Positions 1-13,690 of a stretch of 64,000 nt of DNA are shown one piece after another. Numbering within the stretch: the first letter of the stretch is position 1; every line of letters starts with the position of its first letter. Source of the stretch: Paramecium tetraurelia (lineage: Eukaryota). The DNA is taken from the NCBI GenBank assembly GCA_000165425.1, contig CT868008.1:248001-312000 (forward strand). Direction: 5' to 3'. Under the pieces are notes generated by a model, which saw only the letters and a list, made by a program, of their open reading frames with translations, did no database searches and was not told the origin of the DNA. A program made the translations under genes and the position numbers.

Positions 1-6
1 ATATAT

Positions 7-1095
7 TCACTCATTCAATTCTTTGATCTAAGTTCTTATTTGCTAATAGAATTCATGATTTTTAGATAAAGCATAAGAAATATAAAACAGCAATTTTTAT
101 TTTTTAAGATTTAGTGTTTTTATTAACTTTTTGTTTTCCACAAAATCACTATTGTCTTCATTTTATGCTTAATGTTCAATTGAATGGATGGCGTCATAAG
201 CATAAAACAAAATTTCAATAACAAAAAATTTATTTGAGAATATTTTAATTAAGTCCTCCCTATTAATATATGGTAAAATTAATCCTTTATCTACTTTGTG
301 AGCATGTTCTTTTAACTTTTTGTAAGAGAGATCTAAATTTCCAATCAATGAAGTATTGTCATCCATTGTGTAGCTGAGAATTGTGAACATATTATAGAAT
401 TCTCTATTCAATTCAATGATGTCTCCATCTAGAACCTTCGCTATGATTGATATGGAAGCACTAAATTGAAATAATAATTCTAAAAATTACATTAAATTAA
501 ATAGATGATTTCTTAAATCCTCATGCTAAATCTTACATAATTTATTGAAGGGCACCACAGTTTATATTTTCTATTTCAGAGTTGACCTAAATTCAAGGTA
601 AGAATTTTGATGAATTTCTTTATTTGTCTTTTAATTTTAATCTAATTCATCAACATATAATGAAAATGCTCCCTTGTATATTTATCAATCTTTACTTCAT
701 TTACTTCCCACCAGGGAATCCAGGGTTCTTATATAACCATTTCTTAAATAAACTTAGCAAACTCATGTTATTCAGCCAATGTCAATTAATCCAAATTCAA
801 TTTACCTTGTTCACATAATTCTTACAATTCTTCCCATCTTTCATTTATCTCCTCCTCATTCATTGGAACAATATTTTCATCTTTAGACTTTATTACACTA
901 TTAATTTACTTCTTCATAGAATTGATTAAGAGCTTTTTTCATCTCAATTTACTCGTCGAAGGTAGCCTTCAACCCTTTCATCTTCTATATCTCATGCTCC
1001 TTCTAGAATGATGATGTGCATGTTTCACTGTGGGTTTTGTAGCAGTCCAATGAACATTGCATCTTATTACATTTAGGACATGAGTATTTAGCCAT
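7..1095 (-). CDS. HIT-type zinc finger protein (ZNHIT2-like)
   Basis: Ciliate-code translation starts MAKYSCPKCNKMQCSLDCYKTHSETCTSSF, matching the zf-HIT CPxC...CSLxCYKxH pattern. TGA at 9-7 is in frame with the start. Confidence 0.75.
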
Positions 1096-1248
1096 TTATT
1101 TTTAACAACTATAGGTTATATTTAATCTAATACAAATCACATTATTATTGGATTCGCTTAAATTATGGCACTAACAATTTCGATTTCTGTGTTAATATTA
1201 GAAGTTCATCTAATTCATTATTTTCCTTCTATTTCATAAATTTAATTT

Positions 1249-2285
1249 ATGGATTAAATTAAAGTTAAGCATTCACCTGTTAATCAATTCTAAATTTCAG
1301 ATAACGAAGTATCAATTAATAATACATTAAGTTCCCTCTTTCCTTGTAATTAATCAATGATACTGTGTTAATGGCCATGACTGACTTTTCATTAAAATGG
1401 ATTGATTTAAATACTCAATAAGTTATTTGGGAATTAAAGAATCATCATTAAAAAAGAATATAATAATTGATAGTAGAAAACAATGTAGCATTCACTTGTT
1501 CTAATGATAGAACAATTAAAGTTTTTGATTTACAATCTAAAAAATAAATTCATTAATTTAAGAACGAAAAAGAATTTTATTCAATTGCTAAATCTAAACA
1601 TATTTTAGCAGGTGGAAGCGAGGGTAGAATTGATTTTTATGATCTCAATGCTATGAAATGGAGGTCTAGATTTGATTCATCCTAAAATGATGAATTATCT
1701 TCATTGAATTTCCATCCTTAAGATTAAACGCAACTTTTATGATCTTCAACAGATGGATTATTAGTTTAATATGATTTGACTTAAAAAAATGAGGAAGAAT
1801 CATTATAAATGATGATTAGATTTGACTAACCTCTAAACTCTTGTGGCTATTGGAATAATTTTTGCTTTTGCGTTACAACCACAAATTAAATTACTATCTT
1901 AGATTAATAAAATGATCAAAAGCTCTATTAGTTCTAAGCCATAAAAATGTATTATTTATTTATAATTTATAGGATGAATTTCATGAAGATTACTTAATTG
2001 ATGTTATGGCTGATAATGAATTTAAATATTTTGTAGGAAATGGCAAGGAAATACATTAAAAAAATGAAAAATAAGAGATAGTTGCTTTATATGGATCCAA
2101 TTCTACTGAATAGATTAGACATATTAAATAATTAAAGGATTGTTATTTGTTATTCAGTGAAAAATGGGTTACTTGAAATTTTGAAACCATAACCCTATCT
2201 TTACTAACCCTAATCAATAGAATAGGAAGCATAAGATTTAATTGAGGAAGAAGACAACAATAAAAAACAAAAAAAAAGAGGATGA
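1249..2285 (+). pseudogene. WD40-repeat protein (WDR89-like), apparently disrupted
   Basis: WD motifs FTCSNDRTIKVFD, LAGGSEGRIDFYD, LNFHPQDQTQLL*SSTDGLL and DYLID. In-frame TGA at 1740-1742, plus two apparent compensating frameshifts near 1945 and 2160. Tiny introns near 1309 and 1949. Confidence 0.65.
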
Positions 2286-2493
2286 TTTTAAATTGATTTG
2301 TATAATATATGTGTGTTAGTTGAAATATGTATAAACTTCATTAAAAGTATTTTTCGTATGACGGAAACTTAAATTATAAATATCATATTGAAATTCTAAT
2401 AAATTCAATGATTTTAACAACATTTAAATAGCATTCTAATATTTAGTGTATATGAATTGAATACTCAATCTTAATTAGAATAGTAATTTAAAA

Positions 2494-3435
2494 ATGAAAA
2501 AGGTACAGCCAGGAAGATCATGGACTAAATAAGAGGATAATTAATTACTTTAGGGAGTGGAAATATATGGACGGGATTGGGATAAAATAGCAAAAGTGAT
2601 GAATATCAAATCTAAACCATTACTAGAAGAGAGATACAAAAATCTGATAAATCAAAAACCTAAACCTATTTGGGAATTAAATGAAGATATTTTATTATTA
2701 CAAATGGTAGATAAACTAGGTAAGGATTGGGAAATGGTGTAGAAAGTTGTTAAAACTAAAGATATTGCTTCATGCAAACGAAGATTCGCCAAAATAAGAG
2801 ATTCTTGTTTAAATTTAGAAGGAGAAGATAAAGACTTAGTGCTTTTAAACTAGTATTGGTATAAGGAAGATGAAGAGATGTTACTATTCTTATATGAATT
2901 ATATAATGGAGATTGGAGTGAAATATTTAAGAGAATACCAGAAAGATATCCAAAATACATTTAGGACCTATTTAAATCAAAAGGCTTAGCAAATTAATTA
3001 CATAAATGGAATAATGAGAAAGATGCAAGGTTATTAGCATACGCCTTCTATGGAATTCCATTTAGCAACTTTGAATAAGAAACAGGATTTTCAGTTCCTT
3101 AATGTGAAGAACGATTAAAAAAATTACTTTATAAGATTTCGAAATCGTTATAATAACCAAAAAAGACAAAAGAATAATAATAATTTGATGAAATTATGTA
3201 ATTTAGTGAAACTAAAAGAAAACCCAATAAATCAAATGAAACTAATTCTATGAATTAAATAGACAATTAATAATTGAATTATTATTCAGAATTTTAGGCA
3301 GCTTTGAATTAGTCTAAATCTCAGAAACACAATTAAATACAAAATAGAATTGCCTAAAAACTAGAATTAGAAACAGAATACTAAAATGATGATGATTTTG
3401 GAATAGTATTAGATGAAGATTTTGTAAGTGATTGA
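2494..3435 (+). CDS. Multi-repeat Myb/SANT domain protein
   Basis: Repeats WTKQEDNQLLQGVEIYGRDWDKIA, WELNEDILLLQMVDKLGKDWEMV, WYKEDEEMLLFLYELYNGDWSEI and WNNEKDARLL. Open to TGA at 3433-3435, no intron needed. Confidence 0.8.
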
Positions 3436-4161
3436 ATATTTATATTTAAAATACCCAATCTAAAAATTAATTATTCCTAAATAATAATCTAATATATATC
3501 TAGTAAAACAGGTTAAATTAATATAAAAATAAGAATCTTTAATTTCTTATAAAATTCTTATTTATTTTTATATATATAGCTTTATCATTTCTTTTTCTAA
3601 CACTTATTCTTTCTAAAATAATAATGAAATGTAACTAAAACTATTTTACTACTCTATCAAAGTTACATTCACATAAGATACTAATTCTAACTGTAAAATA
3701 AGCGAAACTCATGTTAATTTGAGCATTATTTACAATAATTTTAACAATGAGATTAGAGTTAAAATATATTTCTTGGGAAAATTGGAGAATATTTAGAAAT
3801 TGATTATTTTTATCATTTATTTCTCATTCTTTAAACTAATTGTATTAAACTATCAATTTAATATTTTCGTAAAATTACAACTATGGTCATTTATTTATAA
3901 TAATATTCAGACAATGAATTTTAATAGGTGTTATTATGATTAAGCACTTTAGGTCTTCAGATTGATTATAGTGAATGAAAATTAATAAATAAATAAATTA
4001 TTTTTAACAGTGATAAGCATTATTTAGATTTATTGAAGCTTTAATTTTATTGAAAGAATATCTTCGATAAACTCTTATTGAACTTAATTGTTATATTTTC
4101 TTGAAATTCCTTTTTTTATTAACAAAAATGAAAGTTTATTATATTAATAATTAGCTTTTCC

Positions 4162-4554
4162 ATGCGAACAAGTTGTTTAGGACCCAAATTGGTTCTAAGT
4201 AGAGCTTAGGTTGAGAATCAAGAAGATATCCCTGATGAGCCTGATGACTTTGAGCCAATTATCATATAAAGGAAGAAAATTAGATATAAATTAAGCCGGA
4301 GTGATCGATATGATAGTCAAGGGAGAAAGATTGCAAAAGGCAGCAGATATGGAATTAACTTCGAATCTTTCATCACAGTTTGCGTTTTCGAGCCAGATGA
4401 TGAAGTAGTTTAGATTAAGGATACTTTATAATTGTGTACCTAAGCGATAGATAAAGAGAAATTAAACCCGCGGCTTGATCAAAAGTTCAAAGAAGAGCAA
4501 ACAGAGAATGAAGTTATCTTATTTTCAATTCTTAAATAAAGCAAAGATAAATGA
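4162..4554 (+). CDS. Hypothetical protein (130 aa)
   Basis: Uninterrupted ATG..TGA frame in the ciliate code with coding-like GC (MRTSCLGPKLVLSRAQVEN...RYDSQGRKIAKGSRYGINF). Confidence 0.65.
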
Positions 4555-4711
4555 TATCTGAAAGTATATTATATTATTATTTTTATATTTCCATTGGTTT
4601 TAATTAAATATTGCAGTAGAATTCAGAAAGAACTAACAATTAACCTTTATTATAGTATTAAATGACAGAACACATTCATCTTCATATTTAAACATAATTA
4701 TAATATCTTTA

Positions 4712-5366
4712 TCAATTACTCTCTGCTTATTTCTCTTATTCGCCTTCCTATGGTGCTTGATCATTTTTTTAGACTTCCTCTTCATTCTCTAAATCATCGA
4801 CATTTCCTAACATTAAGATTTTAAGGGATACCCTCTTTAGGCTATTCCTCTTCAGCCTCTTCATCATCTTCGTCTGCACCGCCTTAATCGAAATTTTGGA
4901 ATTTGTTCTAATCCCAATCATCCAAACCCTTGCCTCCTTCTTCGGCTTCATCATCCTCATCAATATACTTAGTCCAATCGACCTTTTATTAGAACATTTA
5001 TCAAACCTATAAGTATTGTAATTTATGTGGCTCTTTAATTAATCTAGTCCAATATGAAGCAGTTTTATCCTTCTTAGATAAAATGAATCTGACATTCAAT
5101 CCATAATTGGTCCATTTACTTTCCTAAATGATATAATTAATTTATGTACTTCAACAACAACATCAGCGAAGAAGTTAATTTCAAAAACATAATTAACACC
5201 CTCTGCACTAGCTGAAAATTTGAGTGAACTTGTAGTCAACTCGACTTTTTCATCCTTCAAATCTCTCACTTCAACTGTCAAAAACACATTGTCCTTTCTT
5301 TAAGCCCATTTCACTATAGGTGAGCTAGAGAAATTTCGAGAATAAAATTTACATTGTCTTTTGCAT
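4712..5366 (-). CDS. Hsp90 co-chaperone p23 (CS domain; PTGES3/Sba1 family)
   Basis: SPIVKWAQRKDNVFLTVEVRD...YWTRL...VDWTKYIDEDDE with an acidic tail. Several tiny GT-AG introns. Confidence 0.88.
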
Positions 5367-5678
5367 CACTTTGATATTTAATTATTTTATTTCTATAAAA
5401 GATTATTTCAAACTCTAATAATTTCTATTAAAGTTTCTAGAAATTACTATGCGAAGCTGTTTATAATATTAAATCATTTTAATTCTATTGAATCTCAAAT
5501 TCACTGTATGCGAAATCAATTCTAAACAATAGAATTTCATTATGATTAACATCCATAAGCCATTCTTAACATTAATTATTGAGCATTAAAGAAATTATGC
5601 TACTTTTAATAAAAATATAATTAGATAAAATTTGTCAAGATAATAAAATTTATATATATATAAATGAATAAAAGGTTA

Positions 5679-6407
<729 letters not shown>

Positions 6408-6411
<4 letters not shown>

Positions 6412-7942
6412 TATATAATTGAATTCAAAGACTTTTTGTATTTTGCATGTTATAACAATGAAATAGTTTCATCAAATCTGAGTTGCAAATTCTTACAACT
6501 TAACACAACAATAATGTAATATTCCATTTCATTAGATCGATAAGCACTTGCTAGACAAGGACCAGCAGAATCAGTAACTCCAGTTTTAATGCCAAAGAAG
6601 CCTTTGTCTAATAATTTATTGGTGTTTTTCCATTCATAACTTTTTTAATTGTATAATGGCTTCGAAATGTACTCCTTACATGAAATGACTTATTGAAAAG
6701 TATCATATTTCATACACTCCAATGATAATAATACAATATCATGACAACTGGAATACTAATATAAGAAAATTATATACATTATCTTCATTGGCCAATCCAT
6801 GCACACATGCGAATTGAGTATTTTATTGTCCCATCAAAGTTGAATAATGATTCATCTTACTAATGAATATTTCAATTGGACATTGATGACTCTTCAACTC
6901 TACATTGTAATAATGACCCTCAGCACTCATTTACTCGATATCTATTAATTTAGAATCCAATCGTTTGTCTGCTTCATAAAACAATCTAATTATAGAGTAT
7001 ATAAACTTACATTATTGTCCCAATGGCTTGTGCAATTAGAGTTGCAGCATCATTTCCTGAAGGCAACATCAAACCATATAATAGATCCTGAATAGTCAAG
7101 ATATCATTGTATTTCAATTCAGCTGTTGTTCCTATGGTTTCCGAGGCCTTTTTAGTAACTTTAACTTTGATATCTTAGGATTTGAGATTCAATTGTTTTA
7201 AGATAACCATAGTTATGTAGAATGTCATAATCTTGGTTAAACTAGCAATTTCCATCCTCCTGTTACACTTTCTTTAAGAAATTATTCTATTCTCAAGACA
7301 ATCGTAAACAATAAAACTTTTGGCTGAAACATTAACTTTTCTTTTTCTTGGTTTTCCACAATAAGAGTAAATAATGTTTTTTGCATAAATTTAGTACTGT
7401 TAACTGCTTTAATTCTGACTTGAATCTTTACTGCTTCCTGTTGTTGTGGAATTGTTTATCAGATTATTTTTATGATTATTGCTGTTCGTTTTAAATTATG
7501 ATCTCACTAACGATCTTTTTGTATCACTATTTTTGGGTGATTAAACAAAATTGCTGCTTCTAGTTAAATCGCTTAATTTAGTTTATGTATTCATAGCTGA
7601 TAGAGGAATCTGTGGTAAACTACTTTAAGGATTCATTGACTTAAATTTGCTTGTCACATTTTCCTAATCAATTTTTATCTACTTGCTCTCCTTATCTGGC
7701 TATTGCTATGATTGTTGGAATGAATAATTCGAGTCCTTTCTTAATTTAATACTATTAACCATTATTGGAGAATGAAATTCTGTTATTATTTATGGAATTT
7801 TTTGATAGCTTTTCAATAATTGCATTGCCTTACCATTTTCCAATACTTGAACCCTTCTTGAAGGATGCTGCAATTTTATTGGAATTATAATATCATTGAA
7901 ATTGATATTATTCAAGTTAGATTAAGTTTTATTTATAATCAT
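6408..7942 (-). CDS. D-alanyl-D-alanine carboxypeptidase-like serine peptidase (family S11, penicillin-binding protein fold) with a long low-complexity N-terminus
   Basis: EIASLTKIMT (SxxK), LMLPSGNDAA (SxN), FACVHGL and NTNKLL...GIKTGVTDSAGPCLAS (KTG). Tiny introns near 6990-7010 and 6755-6776. Confidence 0.85.
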
Positions 7943-8806
7943 TGTTAAAATATATATTATTTAATCTCTTCCTATCAATATTAATCGTAATTAGACACAC
8001 ATTATAATAATAAATATTAATACAATATAATATAATACTAGAACACTAGGATGTTATAAGACTAAGATTATTAAACTCAATATTTAGATGCCAAATTTAC
8101 AATGAATAAATAATATAAAAAAAGTAAATGTTCATATTATAAAACTATTACTTAGTTTCTCTTTCTGGTAACTAAAAATATCTACTTTTATTATCAGATA
8201 ATAAAAAAAAAGTTTTATTATAAAGAATGAAATAGCTACCATGGGTATTCGAATGAGGTCTACTGTAACAGTATTTTAATCAATCTTGTAAAATGCAGAA
8301 GTTTAGGATTTAAGTTTTTTGCTTAATTTATTTGAACGACTATAAAATTTAATATTTTATTTCTAATGATTCTAAATCGTTAGCGTAGAAGTGCAATATA
8401 TCAAGAGTATTATTATTTAATCTGAATCTAAAAATCCATCATGAGTTGATAGACATATCTAAGGAATAATTTGTCTTGAAATGCAATTGAAATTAAATTG
8501 TAATTAAATTTCCTTTTGAAATTTCTATGTATTTGAAAACACTCTCGAAAGACAGGATTATTAACATAAAAGAAGAATAAATTGATTAATCATTTATATA
8601 ATGTTAATGATATCGACTAAAAAGAAAATGGGAACAGGATTGGACATTTTATATTTATTAATTATATATTCATTTTTAAGTGTAATTATTTTCTGATGAT
8701 AAAAAATGATTAAAAAGCCAACTAAATTTATGAATCACTCAAAAATTCTATCTGAATTTTAATTGAAATAACACATAATCGATGAAAGGTTCTTACAATT
8801 ATAATA

Positions 8807-10888
8807 ATGAAGCAATTAATATCTTGTGTGTTCGGTTTGCTAATGATTTTATGCATCAGAGGCAATTCTTAAATGAACTACAAGTTAAGCGAAGGGTCAA
8901 AACAAAAATTGGAAGAGAGTAAACCAAAGATAGCCTCTCTACCATGGGAACCTATAAGAATTCACTATGAATTTTTAGATAGCTCTTATGATTCTGAATC
9001 AGTGAAATTTTTATCAACAGTTCTCGATATAACAAACACATTCTTTTCAAAGCATCTGTTAATTCAAAGAACTGATTCTAAACTTACTTATAAGAGAAGC
9101 TATCCAAACTCAATATATGGATTTACTATAAGTGAGACTTTGAAAAATAAAGAATATGATGCAGACTTGGTATCCTATAGAATTTATTAAAGGTCTTTTT
9201 TATCAATGTTGAGGACACATTTTTTGAGTCCTATTTAGCATATTGTGGTCCTATAACTTTCAATGAATAAACCTTAAGACCAACTTTTGCTTTAATTTCT
9301 TGGAATATTTTTTACTCGGGTTTGGATGAGATGACTAATACAGTATTTGAAGGTAATGTTGAGACTGCTGTCCATGAAATCATTCATGGATTAGGGTTTA
9401 CTGATGACTTTTTCAATACTTATTATGATTCCATAACAGGAAATAGCTACAAGTCTTCTAATAGTTTTACTACTTTTCAGACCATTTTTTTGTCCACACC
9501 TAGAGTAACCAATTTTGCTCAATATCATTTTAATTGCACTACATTAAAAGGATTACAAATGGAAAATAATGGAGGATCTGGGACTCAAGGATCTCATCTT
9601 GAAAGATCTCTCTTTTATAATGAAATAATGACAGGCTCAGATATGATAGGAAACTTTTTGATTACAGATTTTACATTTGAATTATTGTAAGATACAGGGT
9701 AAAAATAATTTCTATTTTAGATTCTATCGAGTCGCTGATTATTCACCAGATTAACCATTATGGGGAAAGAATAAAGGGTGTGATTTTGCAAATTAACAAT
9801 GTAAAGGAGGGAACTTCACTGAATTCTGCACTTAAGATAAATCATCAAGTTGTTCCTTTTACAATACAGGAGTCTCTGAATGTTAAAAAGAATAATTGTC
9901 AGGTTCTTGCAGCTATTATTACATAAATGATGATTAAGATTGTAGGGACCCTGATAACATTGCCAAATGGAAATCATCAGATTTAATATAATACTTTGGA
10001 TATGATAGCATGTGTGTTTCTGGCTCTGTTTCAAAACAATAAACATATAAAAATTACTCTTGTGTGTAGTATAAATGCGATCTAAACAACAAATTATCCC
10101 TTGTCATCGCAGGATAAGAATATGATTGTTCAAAATCTGATAGCATCAAACTTCCTGAATAGTATTATGGAAATATCACCTGTCCTACAAATTCTTAAAC
10201 ATTTTGTTAAAATAGAGATGAATGTCCTAATCTTTGTAGTTAAAAAGGATTTTGTATGAATAAAGAAGTAATCCATCATTTATATTTTATAGTGTACTTG
10301 TATGTAAGGATACTCATCACCAGATTGCAGTGTAGAATGCACCAAATATAGATACAAGGGTAGTTGCTTAGACAAATGTCCAGATTCAACTTATGTCAAT
10401 GAAAATATCAAATATTGTCTTGGATGTCCAGCAGTATTTATTATCTCAAATAATCTTAGAATTGTTTGACATGCTCTAATTATAATTAGTGTACCTAATG
10501 CAAACTAGGTTATGTTTTAAGAGGAGCATTTTGTGATAATTTCAAGTTGACTGACCTTCTTACATTCGATTTAACAACCATAAATGAAGCATCTAATACT
10601 TCAACCACTAATTCCACAAACACCGAAACCAATTCGACTGATATCAACAATAATAATAGTACAAGCATAGATAAAAATTCTACTGAAACGGCTTCAAACT
10701 CAACTGAATTAACATCTAATTCAACTGAAATTACATCGAATTCAACTGAAATATCATCCAATTCAACTGAAATTACATCTAATTCAACTGAAACAATTAA
10801 AAACACAACTGATATTAAAGAAGATGCACCTGTAAACAATGCAGATTTAATCTATTTGATGAATATATTTTTATTCACATATTTTTGA
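8807..10888 (+). CDS. Leishmanolysin/GP63-like M8 metalloprotease with EGF/furin-like Cys repeats, a Ser/Thr-rich stalk and a hydrophobic (GPI-type) tail
   Basis: Signal-like N-terminus, ETAVHEIIHGLGF, LSTPRV, GLQMENNGGSGTQGSHLER, NEIMTG, LLQDTG, CPNLCSQKGFC. Four tiny introns. Confidence 0.9.
10676..10801 (+). repeat. 21-nt coding tandem repeat, six NSTExxx units
   Basis: NSTETAS NSTELTS NSTEITS NSTEISS NSTEITS NSTETIK, with a DNA unit close to aattcaactgaaattacatct. Confidence 0.9.
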
Positions 10889-11455
10889 AGAATGTTGATT
10901 TGAAATCATTAATTATTTTAATTCAGTCTTTAAGGAGTATTATTTATTATAGAATTTTATTAAGATTTTTAGTTGGAACATTATTCATGAATATTTAATG
11001 TTTTCATCATTAATAACCTCAATAGACAAAGCATTAATTACTCTTGAGAAAAGAGGATTATTTTTTTGTAAAATGAGTATAATTAATTATTTGACATTTA
11101 TTCCTCAAAGGTATTTTAATTTTTATAGCTAATATTTCTTAGGTAGGATTATCAGATTCAATTCTTAATTGCAATGAAAGAAAAATCTTTTTAAGAATAC
11201 TTTCAATATTAATTTTAAAATAATTTAATTAAAATTACTAGTGAATTGAGGAATTTCTTAAGTTTCTCGAGGGGGAGGGGGAGGGTCTTTGATAATCGTA
11301 TCGTTTTCATTCTTATTATTCAATCTATTAATAACTCCTTTTTGTAATTATAGGTAATCTATTACATAAGCGATAAATTGTTTACTCTTTAAGAATGAAA
11401 ATATGATATAATGGTCAAATTCATTAAAATGAATATTGACAATTCATGAATACTC

Positions 11456-12188
11456 TAAAAAATAGAAATATGTTAATGATTTTCTATTGTTCTATTGCAA
11501 TCATCTATTAATTTGAATCCAAGTTTATTAATTCTAAGGAGCATTGAATTTTTAATTATAAAATTATCTGATTAAAGAAGCAAATTCGAATTGCTAAAAC
11601 AAATGGACTATTTGATATAAGATTTGTAAAAATAGTAAAAATAAAATCCAAAAAAGATAGATCTATTTAATTTGGAAACAGTATCCATAATATATAAATT
11701 TTTTAGATTACAAATATGAATTTATCTAATATGGAATCGATTATTAGAAAATATGAGCAATTAAAATTGGAATATTAAGAAACAACCAACAATAATTCTT
11801 AAAGATCATAAGATGATACATTTAATTCATTATATCTTAAATGTTGCAATGAAAAGAAAAGTAAGCAATCTACGACATAATCTTAAAAGAAATCGGTAAC
11901 TACTATGAATACGATTTAAAATAAAGGTAAGAGTATATTGATGAAATAGATTACTACGCAGATAAAGCCATTCATTTGCAACATAAGATAGAGTAGCATT
12001 CTCATTATGAATTGTTAAGTTAGTTAAAGTAGTTGGAACTAGAACAAGAAAGTTTGCATTCTGATTATAATGCAATCATAAAAAAAAATGAAAGATTAAA
12101 GTTAGAGATCTAAGACAATCAATAGAGAGTAAATGAATTGAGAGAATTATAATTATAATTGATTGATGAATTCAAATAATTTAATTGA
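11456..12188 (+). CDS. Hypothetical coiled-coil protein, 5' end unresolved or disrupted
   Basis: Frame RSKFELLKQMDYL...LKQLELEQESLHSDYNAIIKKNERLKLEIQDNQQRVNELRELQ..TGA, joined by introns near 11681 and 11861. No clean start was found. Confidence 0.4.
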
Positions 12189-12190
12189 AA

Positions 12191-12870
12191 ATGGGTAATT
12201 AGAACACAATCGATAATGGTATCAAGGCCTTCATAAAATAAGAGTTTGATAGAGTTAAGAGTGATAATCAAAGGCAGCATCTTAAAATATCTGAAGTGTT
12301 AAAACTTTAACATCCAGATAATTCTCCATTTACATTTGCACATCTTGGAACTCTCTATGTGTTAGATAGTAAGCGCACAGGCTTTATCACGATTGATTAA
12401 TTGTTTCACTTTGCTTAATATTGTGTAAGAAATCTCAAAAATGTTTAAACCTATGAATTTTAATCTTAACTCTAAGGATTATGCACATCTATTTTATGGG
12501 ATGATATTTGCAAATATGGCGTTGATCATGTCAACGATTGGTTTATACGTCTTTTGACTACCAATGATACTGTAATTCCATATAAAAATCATCTGTTTAT
12601 TAAACTTGAAACTGTGTAAATACTTTACGAAGTATCATATTTTATAATATATTATAGTTATCAAATACCAAAATTATGTCAAATATAGATATTTAGTAAT
12701 TTGTTGATCTATTACAATAAGCAGGTGAAGAAGCGGGACTCATGTCTATAGATCAAGAAGAATTAGATGAGTTAGTTCCTTTGGAGATCTGCAGTGAATT
12801 CATTAAAAACTTTTTAAATGGATTCAAGGCCTTGATGCTAGAAATTGGATTTTCAAATAATGTAAAGTGA
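12191..12870 (+). CDS. Probably N-myristoylated protein with an EF-hand-like motif
   Basis: MGNQNT N-terminus and an LDSKRTGFITIDQL EF-hand-like loop. One tiny intron near 12632, TGA at 12868-12870. Confidence 0.7.
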
Positions 12871-12939
12871 AAATTATAATATGTAATTTATCTAAAAATA
12901 TTTATGATTAAGTAAAAAGAAATATATTATTATGAACAA

Positions 12940-13660
12940 TTATCATATCAAATCTTTATGTATGTTCTAAATTCCAATATAAATTAAACAAAGCCATGAA
13001 CTATGAAGAGATAACTATTAAAAGAGATACATATAGCAAATATTTCATGGTAACAAGATTTATGACATCATCAATGAATAATTATATTGCTGTCATTCAT
13101 AATAGGGAACAAAAGAGGGAGATATGTGCATGTTTTGAGTTAATTTGAAATAATGAATATTATTTAGAATTATCCATCATCCCATTTATAAACGCTTCTA
13201 TATCAGAGGAATTACAAAGCAATTAATAACTTTATTCATTCTATTTTTATACTGAATATTAGGGCTATTCTAAAATATCCTTAACTCTCCTAAAGATCTC
13301 TAACTCCTCTCATTTTTTCAGGTTAGATAGATAAGGAATATGATTAACCAAATAGGCATTTAAAATGTTCAACTGTTAATAATTAGTTAGCATTTCAGAT
13401 TTGCAACCAAAATAATATTGTTGATTACTTATTCGTTTTATCATAAACTAAACCCCATTCGATCAATAATTATAACTCTACTTGGACCTTAGTCATTGAA
13501 ACAACACTTTATACCCTATCTTAATTCGATAATGATGAAGAAGTGTATTTCTCCAACTTCAATAATTGTTTTTGGACATAATCACAATAGGATCTGGTAT
13601 GACCTTCTTATCAGGATTAGCAATTTTATTGGTCTATAACTTTGAATTGAAAATTTGTTG
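12940..13660 (-). pseudogene. Degenerate coding-like remnant of unknown family
   Basis: Coding-like minus-strand stretches (YVQKQLLKLEKY..., EELEIFRRVKDILEQ...) interrupted by TGAs and frame changes. Boundaries approximate. Confidence 0.3.
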
Positions 13661-13690
13661 AAATCACTCAAAATACTTTATTTATAATAT

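Noticed and set aside
1740..1742. TGA as selenocysteine
   Set aside because: It is not in a redox motif, I see no SECIS element, and the accompanying frameshifts favour pseudogenisation or assembly error.
2155..2180. Euplotes-type programmed +1 frameshift
   Set aside because: The site reads AAA TGG, not AAA followed by a stop, and the genetic code here is not that of Euplotes.
8236..8252. CTACCAT...GGTATTC words upstream of both leishmanolysin genes (also near 33623-33647)
   Set aside because: The words are short, with different spacing and different distance to the ATG, and cannot be distinguished from chance by eye.
8694..8755. TGATGA...CTGA box C/D-like pair
   Set aside because: No distinctive guide or terminal stem, and such words are common in AT-rich DNA.
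10510..10839. 109-aa minus-strand ORF with SVELDVI repeats
   Set aside because: It is the antisense shadow of the NSTE repeat in the leishmanolysin stalk.
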